A stretch of 64,000 bases of DNA from Phoronis australis (Eukaryota > Animalia > Phoronida): NCBI GenBank assembly GCA_002633005.1, contig NMRA01000049.1, positions 716,321-780,320 of the forward strand. Direction: 5' to 3'. The translations under genes were made by a program, and so were the position numbers. Position 1 is the stretch's first letter. The number at the start of each line of letters is the position of its first letter. Below, piece after piece: positions 25,201 through 39,000 of the stretch. The notes beneath the pieces are model-generated. The model saw nothing but the letters and a program-made list of their open reading frames with translations, ran no database searches and was not told the DNA's origin.

Positions 25201-28200
25201 ATATCAAGCTTATCACAGTAGTGCTTGATATAGGAATGAGATGTCAAGTTTTGGGGTTTCCAGGTAGTGCTAGATTTCGGAATGACCTGTTATGTTCACT
25301 TGTCCTGCTTTTGGGTCCAAATCGTGTTGCCGATACATCATCACTAAGCATCCTAATTGTGTGCCTCTAGATACCTCTCACTCATTTTAAATTTTGCCAT
25401 GTTTCCCTTTGCAGATTATACAATCCAAGGTAAAAGATGATATAGAGTTGGTGACAATGGGTGTGACAATTACAAAGTCAAGACCACCAAAGTCATCCTA
25501 CATTTTTGATGTACATGTGAATAGTGACTTTGTAAGAACAATTCTTGTCGTAAATATACCAATGCACATATTGGTGGTTTCCTCAGAGGAGAGGCAGGAA
25601 GAAGCTTTGAAGGCAGAGATGTGCGAACAAAAGGCGACGTGGGTTTGCGTGATAGACTTTATCGTCAGGTAGCAGTTAATAAAACGTGAATTAAATTGAT
25701 GTATGTCATATCATTTGCTCAAATTGTGCAAATAATTTTCTGTGATCTGTTTCAAAATCTGTGTAGCAATTGTCCTTGTAGTGTTGAACAGCATAATAGA
25801 ATACACATGTAATTTAATGGTTATCGTTGTTACATTTTCAAGATATGTGAACATCACAACCATTATGATATCACATTAACTTAGCTAATATTAAACAACA
25901 AAATCAGTCAACTTAATGCAAAGTACACCAATAATATTTGCACACAGAGAGGTGCTATTCGAACCAAAAAATACACTAATGAAATACTTGTAGCAGTCCT
26001 ATCATATTCAGGTCACTGGTAGGCATGTTACTACTGTGACTATGTCATGTGAATCAGTACATGTTTGTGTCCCTCAGTCCTTTCTTGCTTTTTCCTGAGT
26101 GGAATCTCATGGGTTGCAACAGTACCCCTGACCTCTCTCTGCAGTTTCTTTGTCAGTAGGGCATGTGAAAATTTTACTGACGTCAGCTTTCTACTTGATA
26201 TGTACTTGTATTCACTAAAAAAATTTCAACAGCACTACCCTTCAACTGCAGTGGAAAAGTGTAGTACCCTGGATGTCTGGAGAGGTAGTCCAGGCACAAT
26301 GCTTTGAAAGAGAATACACAACTTTGTACAAGATTGTAGGTCTGAAAGGAAACAACGAAAACACTCTTATATTTGTTGTTGCATTATGCAACTACCAGCA
26401 GCGTCCTCAAATTGGACTTAAAACAGGCTGAAATGTGCATTAAATCCCGATGCTTTACATATGTTGCAGTCATTGCAGCTATCACGTGGAATTCTAAAAA
26501 GGCAAGTTTGCCTGTACGTAATTTAAGGTAAAACAGTAGCTTGTACATTAGCAATTTTCACTTGTACAATGGTTTTTGTTTTCTGAGGTCACGTATATCT
26601 GAATTTGTTAGTAATTCCTACTCTCTGTGTTTGCTAGGCCAAATTACTGAGAAACAATGTGCATATGAAGTTGGTTGAAAATTGTCTTATGTTTTTAAGA
26701 ACAAATTTTGTAGCGAAAATAATCCGCCATATCCAGTACGTATCGTGACATAATGCTATTTGAGCCCGCGAGGTATGTCATTACTGCAAAGGTCACCTTT
26801 TGCAAAATTATTTGGTTTTCACATTCACAAGTTGCCTGAATACAGCTGCACTTGGTTGATATTCAAAAATCGTTGTTTAGTTCATGTAATACATTAGGAC
26901 AGTTAGGAGCATTTAAGAAAATTTCGCGACCAGGATCAGAGGACATTTGTCAGAAGAAATGGGCACTAGTGTGCCTCCATGAACCCTTTTCAATAAGCCA
27001 CCCATTACTTATTATGTTAACTTTTGAAGTATACCCTGACTGGAATAAAGTGACTTGTTTCAAAACCTGACTCAAAGGGGTGCTTGAATTCAATACCAGA
27101 TAGGCTTACAGAATGAATACCCAAAATAATACCCACTGAAGAAACAGTCATTTATTTCTTATTCAAAGCAAAGGTATCTAAACAGTAATCGAAGTTTGAA
27201 AATTAAACCTATATCAATACAAAATTCATAGAAAATCATATCCTGTCAATTCAGGCCCAAAATCGACAAAAACCTTTCCCAATTCGATGCCAAAATTGGT
27301 GAAATCACCCTTTTAATCGGCACGTCACCCACCCACACCGTGGAATGTCATTCAGATACTGAATGGCCCTTGTCCTAAAAATAAAATTTTGTAGGAAGCC
27401 GTTGGTTTTCGCCCTCTATACACCTCCAACATGACACTGGCAACTACTCATGAGAGGAAGTCGAGATTCCAAATTCATCAAAAACACAAAACATTCGTGT
27501 ACAGCAAAGAAGCTATATTGTAAGAAATGACGATGCGTCACTGAACTTAACTGGCTGACTTGGGAAAATTCGACTCATCATCAGACCACCATATTGCAAT
27601 GAAGTACACTAAACGATAACAGTGATATTTATGAATGTCGGGCAGCTCTAAATGCTTTATTGAATTAAAAACTAGACTAGTGAAATTTAAAAAATTATAA
27701 GCCGCAGATCGAAAAATAAGTTCAAGTTATTGCTCGTAAATTTGGAAAGAGTGTCTGCACTTCCTTGATGCTTGTAGTTCCCAGTAGTATTGTGCAATGA
27801 ATTGTGGTTCTTCTAAACCGAATCGTTTGCTTGTCAGGACACTGTGACGCACCCACGTTAAAAATAAGGTGTAGTCATGCAGCAGGCACGCGTAGTATCG
27901 CCAGTGATATTGACGAGAAATGAGCTTAAACTTCAGGCGTTGAAGTGAATACATTTTTGGGACACACGTTCATTTTCCCCAGCTACCAGGCAGAAGCTGG
28001 ACCAGTGGCCGTGTTTCAACAAGGAATTTTGGTGAGCTTTATAGACCAAGAACTAGCTTCGAGGGCCATACCTTTCAAAAAAAAATCTTCATGGAATGAC
28101 CATGTTAAAATGAACTTTTCCCAAAACTGGGGATCAAAAACAACATTTGGAGTCAGAACACGGGTATAGATTCGTGCTAAGCCGCACGACTCAGATGAAT

Positions 28201-30379
28201 CGTAGCGGAGCTGAGCAGCGACTAGTGAGCGCTCTTGCACATACATGGCAGATCAGACTGGCTTCCCGGCGACGCCACATTGGCCACCGTGGCTTAGGGC
28301 TAACGCTAATTTCTGCTTCTAAATTTGAATTTAAGCACAATGATAAAGTCCACGCATACACACATGCAAGCGTATACACATACAATATGTATGTTCATAT
28401 TAAACCACACTCAATGTTCTTTGAACGTTGACTTGGGCGAGTTCTTAGTTTTCTTGGAATGAGATCTACATGTAGGCCTACCCAATCTGCCTCCCGTTCA
28501 GTAGCGCTAGGACCTCGCTAAAAAGCAAGACTTCCCGAGATTACGTGAGACATTGCCGTGTATTTTAAGTCAGGACACGTGATTTTGACTAGGTTTCAGC
28601 TAGGTCCTAGCGTTGGTCCTATGGTTACTGAACGCACGCCAGGTAGAACTGCGTATCAAGTCATACAATATAGGCACCTGACGGTTCAAATTGGAAGCTC
28701 GCGTCGTATGACGTCGTATGACGTAGGCGATGCGAGCCTCTTTTGCATATGTTTGTAACATCTGTTGGTTCAAAAAGAGGCTCATACCCGAGTACATGCC
28801 CCCGGGAAGAGGCATCTTTTGGAAGGATAAAACAGGTCATGTTCAAAGCATCCCAGTGCCATTAATATGCAGTCTTTAGGGACCAAAGTGGAGTCATTTT
28901 ATAGCTAAAGAGGTAATCGTTCAAACACAATGCTTGAATTCCAGATACCTTGAACATTTATTTTTGAAATTACTTTTGAAATCACGTTAAAATGCACTAA
29001 AACAGTTGTCTCTTCCTGGTTATCTGTACCTGGACAATCAGCTGATCATGGCAAGACATGGGGGAGGGGTGAGTGAACGCAAACAAAGTGAGGGATATCG
29101 CCAGTGAGTAATTGGATATGAACTGCAATAGGACAATAGAGTATGATACAATTTAAACTTCGCAGTTTCTAACACTAGAAGGTCACTTTCTGAGGAAACC
29201 TACATTATCCTGTTATCATGCAGCTGTACCATTACGTTACCGTCATGCGTCCACGTTTTAGTGGTGGTTTTAGATTGTACGAGGCGACGACAGCGGGCGT
29301 GGAGACGGGAACGTTATTTCGTGAGATTTTCATTGATGTAGATCGGAGATGGTAAGTTCAGTTTGCGTAGTTGACTTCTGTTGTGAAGGAAAGCAGCTCT
29401 GGTATTGTATGACACAAATTTACAGATGATAGGGCAATCTTTTCGCGAATCTCTAGCTCCACGTTTACATAGTTTGGGCCCGAGTCTGTGAGATCTAGGC
29501 GTACTGATTTGTTGGCGGTTAATTTCAAGACACAGTTTACAAGATATAAATTCCCAAAAAGCGAGAGGTGTATGCTGTTGCTGTAGACACTCTCCGTCCC
29601 GATATTAATTTGGTCCAAAGACTTCCTGAAGCCGCTTTGAGGTGGTAATGTAGTAACGTTGGTAAGCAGAGACTAATGTAACTGCTTATTGAACAAATAC
29701 TGCCAGAAACTGATAACATTATAAGCAGGCAGAGTACAATTATAATAAAAAATATATAAAGGATGATTACTGACAGATATCAAAATTACAAGAGAATTTC
29801 TATGATATAACAACATACATGTAATACGATTTAGTTACAAAGACGCAAACACACGTAGAAACAAAACACGTAGAGGCTATTAAGTAATTAAAATTTGAGC
29901 TTGCTATTATGAATGAAAATGGATACTACACCTATTAGAAAAATATTCTAATCCAATTTAAGTAGATCCGAACCATAAAGCAAAAATGATGCACGTTGAT
30001 TACTAGGTAAGCAGTGGTAAATGGAGGTGACGTCAATATTTGAATAAAGGGAGTGGCAGAGATGGGCGCGATCTATTTGATTGACAGGACATGTAAACAA
30101 AATGATTAACACTGTTCAAGGAGCCACATTTGCCAACATTTGACACTTCTAGAAAATCATATTGAAAATTTTGGGAATTAAGAATAGACCGCCTAGAACT
30201 GATTGTTTGTTTCTGAGAATAGTTGTTATACAAGTAGTTGGTGTGGGTGTATGAAGCTCAGACAAATATCTTTTGACAGCAAGTTTAAGCGATTGAAAAC
30301 TTCATGCGATTTCTTTCCGCACTAAATGAGAGGAGATTTACGAAATGGGTTAGACAAAGCATGAGGCAGTACAAACTCT

Positions 30380-31110
30380 GGTTCAGTTCTTCAATTTTTC
30401 GCGAAATTGTGTCCGTCTGAAGTTGTTAAATAGAAGTGAATTGAAATCACTATTAATATTGTGAAGAACCCTGTAAGTATAAATATTGGTGTTTTTTGTT
30501 CTAATGTATGAGAGTAACACCCAGTTAAGTAAGTCGATTAAAGAAGAAGACATCAAACAATTCAATACCGACTTAACTGTCAATACCATCAACGTACCAG
30601 ACATTGTTGTGGGCATTAAAATCACCTAGGATTAAAGTGGAGACATCAGAAAAAAGTCTACTGAAAGAAGAGTTGTACTTCCTTCATTCAACGGGGATTT
30701 GAGAAGGAGACCTGTAAAACTCCATTACATAATTTCTTATTATTAACGAATGTGCCTTCCGAACATTTTGGGAGTAGTGTATGAATGTGTTTGTGAACGA
30801 TCTCACGTGGCATGAACATATACAATGAGACCCTTACTCAGGTTGGTGTGACAGGCACTCTTGAATACAAATATCATACAAGAACTTCAGATTGTCGGGT
30901 GTCAAATTGACGGACTCACATATAGCTGCATTTCTATAATTGCCTTTGATTACACTTTGTTTTAACTTCAAAATTTAAGGACTGGAAAAGTTGTTTGCTT
31001 TGATTCTGTTGATATTTGAGAACAAGATGTTGAATGTGCCGGGCTTGGTTGGGCCTGGATATGACTCAATGTCACCACAGCATAAGGGATCTGAAATAGA
31101 AGACCTACCA
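30380..31110 (-). mobile_element. Second 2A-APE LINE relic, related to 17100-17415
   Basis: CCGDIESYPGP..FNILFSNINRIKANNFS, then degenerate APE motifs FYRSPSQ and LGDFNAH. Confidence 0.65.
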
Positions 31111-32409
31111 GTGGCCTTAAAATAGTTAATAATAAATGTCCTGCCACAATATGGGCGGTGCAGCACTGAAAAAAGTGGGGCCTGTATCCTCCTAGCATCC
31201 CATGGTGCACCGCCCATACACCATGGGAGGCGCAGCACGGAAAAGTGGGGGGCTATAGCCCCCACCCAGCCCCCCATGAATGTGCCAACTCTTCCAAACC
31301 CCTGGGATACACAATAACGCGCGGCGATGCAGAACGCCATATCATCATCCGTAATTATCACAGAGCACATAATAAATACGATCGGCGCGATAACCCATCA
31401 AAACATGAGCACTTTAGGGGACAACAAAGCATTGGTAAGGAATATTTTGAGACCGAGTTTTAGTAGTAGAAGGTTCGAATTTCCTTTTTATCCAGTTAGA
31501 CATGCAAAATGCAAGTTTAAAGAGATTCCGTGGAGAGCGCTAACAGTCCACTGACCATGGAGCTACTAGAAAAATAACGTAGTAGATCTTGTAACGTTTC
31601 CAACGCTACAATTTGAATTTCCAATGGAAATCTGGCGTGTGGCACTCCAAAAATTATAACATATAAGGTTGCCAAGGATCAGGAACATCCTATAAGTACG
31701 GACAATGGAGTTTGAATCGGTAGAAATTCAAACTCCATTTGCGTATTCTGGCTAATTGTACATTCTGTGACTATTCCAAAACGTTGATACAACACGTTCT
31801 ACAAGAAAATCGCAAGCACCTGTTTTTGATAAAAGAACCTGAACTACTACACGAGTCCACGGTTTCGAGTCGGACTTACGTAGGGCATGCGCACTAAAGG
31901 TAAAGAACTCGGGGGAAACAATATTGCATCGCGGACTCTACGGGATCTCGACAATGAAATGCACATTTCTCTGAAAATAGGGAGTGAATGGCGAAAACAG
32001 AGTTTCATAATAATTTATGCAATCAAATGGGAATACTGGGAGATTGTTTGGACACAACCTTTACCCTCTGAGCTCGGCTACGTTGCGGAGTGGATGCTGG
32101 GGTTATCCATAATAGTAATATTTAATTGTGATCTAAATACTATTAACACTTCAATTGAAATAATTTCAAGACGATTTTATGCTGTATCGAGGGCTCGCTG
32201 ATAATACCAATATGACAGTGATTGGTCTTGGGGGAAAAGCAACCTGTCTTGCAAATGATCAGGTTTTTCCGAGAGCACACACGGGCGCGAGCGCGCCCAC
32301 ACACACATACATTTATATATATATATATATATATATATGCATATGCATGTACATGCGCATATATATTTATGCTTCCCAATACGTATGAATGAATTTCGGT
32401 TATCGACCG

Positions 32410-32500
32410 GCGGTCCCGGTAGCTCAGCGGACTTGAGGGTCTGTACCTTTAGCAGAAGATCCTGGGATGGAGCCCCAGTCAGAACAGAGATCTTTTCAGC
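32410..32500 (+). mobile_element. Possible tRNA-derived SINE head
   Basis: A-box-like TAGCTCAGCGG and a degenerate B-box-like GGATGGAGCCC at tRNA-like spacing. No full cloverleaf. Confidence 0.3.
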
Positions 32501-33022
32501 CTTAACTATAGGTCACGTGATGAGACTAACATACAGGGTGTATGATTCTGACTTAAAACATATCTTGGACATTTCAATTTGTCACTGAGGTAACTGAAAC
32601 ATAATGAGGACGTCATTGGTGACGAACACAAGTGCCTGGCGTATTCCGTGAAAACCTCGATGTAATACATGTACGTCCATCGACACGACTGCGTAATGCA
32701 ATCTTGAGGTCTAAAAGTTTAGGTCATTCGAAAACGAAAGCATTTGCGAATAGACGCAATATCGTCGTTTTAACGAAAATTAGCCAAATGGTGTAATAAC
32801 GTCCCATTAATTGACAAAATGAGTAAGCAGATAGGCTCAAAACATTAAAATAGCTGTGAAAAGATTGAAAATAATACTATTCTTCTGCCATTATACTGCC
32901 AATTATTTTTGGCATAAAATGCGCCAAAATCTGACCAAGTTTGACAAAGTACTGTCGAAGACTGTCCACTTTATCTTGGAAACTACTGTACTCTTTAAAA
33001 TACACTGTATGAAGCGTTGCAT

Positions 33023-36000
33023 ATGGGAACTATCTCTTTAAAAGACGTAATTATTCCAGGTATGAACAGCGATGAAGGTAAGGAGTCTGATCACGGGAGG
33101 GCTTACGATGGTGAAGTCTTCGAAATCAGCCGAGAAGATTGTTCCATGATAGCCGACATTGTGTCACCTTTTGGCTACAGCACAGCAGAAGCATTGGTAT
33201 GTATTGCATATGCAGTACTCATCCGCTACGAAGGTGCAGACAAACCTCCTTCTATTTCATTGGCATTTGGCTCTCCTGGACGAGATCAGAATGATACTGA
33301 CGAATCTTTTAGTTGCGACAAAAAGGCAATCGCCGATGAGGAATATTCAACAGCTCTTTTTCCATGTGATGTCAATAGCTCTATTTCAGACATGCTTTTG
33401 TCCCAGCGTCTCACGTTTGACAAATGGCCTGAAGCGCACTCGAAGTTCAACCGCAGCAGCCCCAGCGCATACATGGCGTTTGACTTTCCACGCGACTTCA
33501 ACCGAAGCAGTCAATCCAACCAGTATGAAGTTAAGCTCAATTTGACCCACCAGTTCAACGGAGGCTACTCCTGCTCAGTACGACAAAGCACAAAGGGCTG
33601 CGGTGACCATGTGACGAGATTTCGAGATCATTTTCTGACACTGCTTTCGCAAGTCCACTGTTCTGAAAATCTTAACCTACTCAGCACACCAATTCAAACG
33701 CAGGAAGAGAAACAATTGATGGCTAAGTATAACGCAACTGACAAGTTCTACGAAAATAGTACATCACTTATTCACGAGCTTTTCGAAGAAAAAGCTAGGC
33801 AACATCCTGACGAAGTCGCTATTTGTTGTGCTGAACAAAGTCTGACTTACAAACAACTAGATGAACAATCGACCAGGCTTAGTCATAAAATACTATGCGC
33901 CATGGGTAATGCGTTTTCAAGTCGTTTAGTTGGTATAAGCGTTGATGCATCAATAGATATGGTGATAGGTTTGTACGCCATCATGAAAGCTGGTTTTGCC
34001 TATGTACCGCTTGATCCAAGCTACCCTGAAGAGCGACTAAGTTACATGATTGAAAACTCCAAAGTAAGTCTTGTAATTGCCAAACAATCAATTGTTGGCC
34101 TACTCAGGAATTGTTGCCAAACGGTGCTTTGCCTTGAGGATGTTTTGGTAGAATCTGCCGAAGAAAGAGTATTTGAAAAACAAATTGTCAATCCCGATGA
34201 CTTGGCTTACGTAATATACACGTCTGGATCCACTGGGAAGCCAAAGGGTGTGATGGTGAGTCACCGAAACGCAGTTAACACTATTCTGGATATCAACGAC
34301 AGGTACTCTGTGGCAGAAAAAGACAAAATACTTTTGGTTGCGTCACTCAGCTTTGATCTATCTGTATATGATATATTTGGTATCCTAGCTGCAGGGGGCA
34401 CACTAGTCATTCCTGTTCCAGAAGTTCGCGGAGTCCCAGACCCCAATTGCTGGTTTGAAACCATGAAGAAGCACAGTGTAACAATCTGGGACTCCGCACC
34501 GGCTGTTCTAAGTATCTTAATGGAATTTATTCTTTCTGAAAATGTTTCACTGCCATTTTCCTTGCGGCTATGCATGCTAAGCGGCGACAGAATACCGCTG
34601 AACCTCCCCACCCAGTTGCAAGATATGGTTCCGGGAATTCAAGTCATGAGCCAGGGAGGTGCAACCGAGGGATCAATATGGTCTATTTATTATCCGATCC
34701 AAAGCGTCGACGATGACTGGACGACCATACCGTATGGCATGCCACTTTCCAATCAAAAATATTACGTTCTAGACGAATTCCTAAATCCAGTACCTACTTT
34801 AGTTATAGGAGAATTGTTCATAGGTGGAACAGGTGTAGCCATGGGATATATAAACAATCCTAAAATTACAGAATACCGATTCTTGCCCAACCCTTTTGTT
34901 GAAGGAGAGCGAATCTATAAAACTGGAGATCTAGGCAGATTACATCCTACAGGTTACATCGAATTCTGTGGGAGAATAGACAACCAAGTTAAAGTACGTG
35001 GTTTTCGTGTTGAGCTGTCTGAAATTGAATCAGCTTTGATTAACCAAGAAGGTGTTGCTGACGCGTTAGTCATGAAGGTCCAGGAAAGGCTTGTCGCTTA
35101 CATCATTTGTGACCAAAATGTTCGTCTTGTCGAAGCCGATCTGCGACAGAAAATTGCTGTTTGTCTTCCGTCATACATGGTCCCTGCATTTTTTGTATTC
35201 ATGCATTCCTTTCCTGTAACTGCTAATGGGAAAGTGGACCGACAGGCACTGTCTGAGGTAAACTTTAGTCAAAAGAAGGACGAGGACACGGACCCTTCTC
35301 TTCCTGAAAAATCCACATTAGCAATCAAACCGTCGTTTACAGATAGGGAATACCTTTTAGCTCAAGTATGGAACGAAACGTTTAATGTTGATTTAGACGA
35401 ACTTTCGCCTTCATCATCTTTCTTTGAGATTGGAGGGGATTCCATCTCTGCTATGACTGTTGTCTCTGCAGTGCGGAAGAAGAATTTTCGGATATCTGTG
35501 CAGCAGGTTTTGGGTCACCCTAGGCTTTGTCAACTTGCTATGGTAGCAAAACCACTTGGGAGTGTTCAAAAGAGCAGGTTCCAGGCGAATGAACCTTTAA
35601 CACCTTATGTTCAACTTACTCCAGCCCAAATTTGGTTTTTTGAACAAGATTTTATAAACCCTCATTTCTGGAATCAGTCGTTTCTTCTTCAACCAAAGAA
35701 AGAAATTAGAGCCTGTCAACTGAAGGTAGCCTTAAATCGTCTGATTTGTCAGCACGAAATGTTAAGATGTACGTACTCTCAAACATCAGATGGTGGTTGG
35801 GTACAGACAATTAACGATATAAAGACCCCGTTCTTTAAAAACAAAACACTAGAGAACTTGGAAATGCTTAACGACGAGTTGGAAAGCTTAAAATCTTCTC
35901 TAAACATACACAAAGGTCCCCTATTGGCAGTTGGGCTGTTTAATGTTGGTGATGTGCAGAAACTTTATGTAACCGTTCACCATCTGGTTGTTGACCTTGT

Positions 36001-39000
36001 TTCATGGCGTATTATCCTCGAAGATCTTGAAAGAATGTATGAAGGACAAGAGACTGAAATGCCGAGTATGTCATTTCAAAAATGGTCATCACAATTAAGG
36101 CAAATAGCCGTGCCCTTAATGCGCGATGAGTGGCCGAAAGAAACCGAAGCCTCACCACTGCCTGTAGATGTGGGAAGTAATCTAATCCCTACGGCTAGCT
36201 CTAGAAAGACAATTGTTACAGTGCTTGATCGCAACGTAACCGCTGGTTTGGTGTCATCTGCAAATACTTCTTTTAAAACCAACACCAATGACTTTTTGAT
36301 CGCATCTCTAATTCTAGCATACAACGAGTCATTTGGGTTGGAGAGTCTTCAAATTGACGTTGAGGCACATGGTCGAGAGCCATGGGATGACTCCGATGAC
36401 ATTTCAAGGACTGTTGGCTGGTTCATGACAATGTTTCCACTGACGCTAGAAATCTGCCAGGGGCCATCAAACGAGAAAACTATGGAAAATACGCTAAAAT
36501 TAGTAAAAGAAAAGATTAGAAATATTCCAAAACATGGAATGCCATTTTGGCTCTTAAAGTTTTTGAAGAATTCAGATGAAACGGAAATTGAAAAGTCAGA
36601 CGTACTTTTTAATTATTATGGCCGACTCGATCAAATTCAAACCAAAAGTACTCTATGGGAATTAGATGATGATTATCCGTGTGGTGAGGATGAGTTTAGC
36701 TCAGATGAAAAGCTGACACACAAGGTTGTCGTTGAATGTAGCCTCAAAGATGAAAAACTCTACATGAAGATGTTTTACTGCACTGATATCCACGAACAAA
36801 AGACCATTGAATCGTGGATGGAGAAATGGAAAGAAAACATAATCAAACTGGTATCGTACTGCGGAAGAGATGACGTCTTTGGCTATACACCATCAGACTT
36901 CCCGTTGCTGAAGCTTTCACAGTTCCATTTAGATGAGCTGCTGTCCACCCGACTTGCACAATTAAACCTAGCGACCGAACAATTATCCGACATGTATCCA
37001 TGTACACCGACGCAAGAGGGTTTTCTGTTTAGACTTTTGCAAGATACCTCCTCTTACGTAGTGCAGAGGTCATGTACCCTCAACGGCTCAGTCGATCAGG
37101 GCAAATTACAAACCTGCGTTTATAAAATAATTTTAAGACATGACATCTTACGAACTCGGTTTATTGCTGACAGATTAAATGGGTGCATGCAGATCGTATG
37201 GAAAACCTTCGAACCCCAATGGACGATTGAAGACTGGTCTGACCTTAAAAGAAGCGAATGTGCTCAAAGAGAGATTGAATATCTACGGCATGATCGACAC
37301 TCGGGGTTCAATTTCACAGAGCCAATGCTAAGGTTTGCACTTTTCAGAACATGCAAAGAGACATACCGTTTCATTATAACTTCTCATCACAGCATAGTGG
37401 ACGGACAAACGTGTTCACTGGTTCTTCAGGAAATATTTATGGCGTACAGTGATGCAGTGCTTCCGGACACACCGGTATTTAAAGAATATGTCAGAGAACT
37501 GATGGACTATAAGTCGTGTAGTTACAAAGCAGAGGGATTTTGGAGAGAAGAACTGAACCAACTACCCGATCGTGGAAACCTTCGTTTCTTGGCCCCAGAG
37601 GTTCCCCAAAAGGGTTATGATGTTATTCACCACTCAGCATTGAACGGAAAGGTTGGTGAAATTCAAAAGTATGCCGAGCGACATGGGATCTCAGTTGCTG
37701 CCATGATCTGTGCATCTTGGGCTTACGTAATCAACAAATATTCGTGTGACCCAAATGACGTCATTTTCGGTTTTGTTGTGTCTGGTCGTGGAACCTCGCA
37801 TATTGAAAACGTTAACAGGTTAGTTGGAGTAACAACAAATACATTGCCCTTCAGAGTAAAGATTCATAACCATCACGTGGCGGAGTGGCTAGACTACGTA
37901 CAGAAAAAGATGGTGGCTATTATTGAACATGAAAAATCATCACTGACAGACATTCAGCAGTGGTGCGCATTGACGCCGGATGACAAACTCTTTGAAACAC
38001 TTGTCTCATTTAATGCCATGAACAGGGAAACGGAGATTTCTCTAAAATCTCATGACATTGAGGTCTGCAATGTCTATGACCATGAATTTACAGAGTACCC
38101 CCTGACTTTAGATATTCTTCAAACAGCTAATGCTATCGAAATTAAAGCTATTTATAACAAAAGTATTATCGACGCGGCAGCAGTTGTCCAAATCCTTAAT
38201 CAGCTAGAAAGAGCCATGTGGTGGATAGCAACTGCGTCAAAGGAAACACGAATAAGCGAGTTTGACATTGTGAGCCCTGAGGAGCATCTGGTGTTAGAAA
38301 ATTTGAATCCAATAGATAACTATAATGCCCAACTCGGGCATTTCAAAGGTGTGCAACACCTATTTGAAAGAATGGTTGAGCTTAATCCAAAAGAGCAGAA
38401 GGCATTAATAATGGACGATGAGTCGCTAACCTATAGAGAACTCAACTCAGCAGCTAATGCTATAGCTATTCATCTCCGATCTCTTGGCCTTTCACGTGGT
38501 GAGAAGGTTGGACTTCTCATTGATCGAGGGATACCCATGGTTGTCGGAATGCTGAGTATCTGGAAGGCTGGAGGCGCCTTTGTTCCTATAGATGCTGCAC
38601 AGCCAATGGATCGTGTGTTGTTTATATTAGAGGACTGTGGATGTCGATTTGTCTTTAACTCCAGTTCCATTGACGCAAAATCGCTACCGCAAAAGCACAC
38701 TTACATTTGTTTAGATAATCACCTTCTTGCTGCGTACAAAAACGAAAATGTGTGTAACCTTGAGTGTGTACATGACGCACGTGACCTTGCATACATGATT
38801 TACACCTCGGGTACAACTGGGCGACCAAAAGGTGCTATGGTTGAACATCGTGGGCTAATCAATTTCTTAATGTATAAGCCTGGAGGTGTTCTCGAAGTGA
38901 CTCCTCAAACAAATGTGATGCAGTACTTTGCTGTCGGATTCGACGGTGCTGTCTTGGAGGTGTGGACAACACTTTGCCATGGTGGATGTCTTTTCATTCC

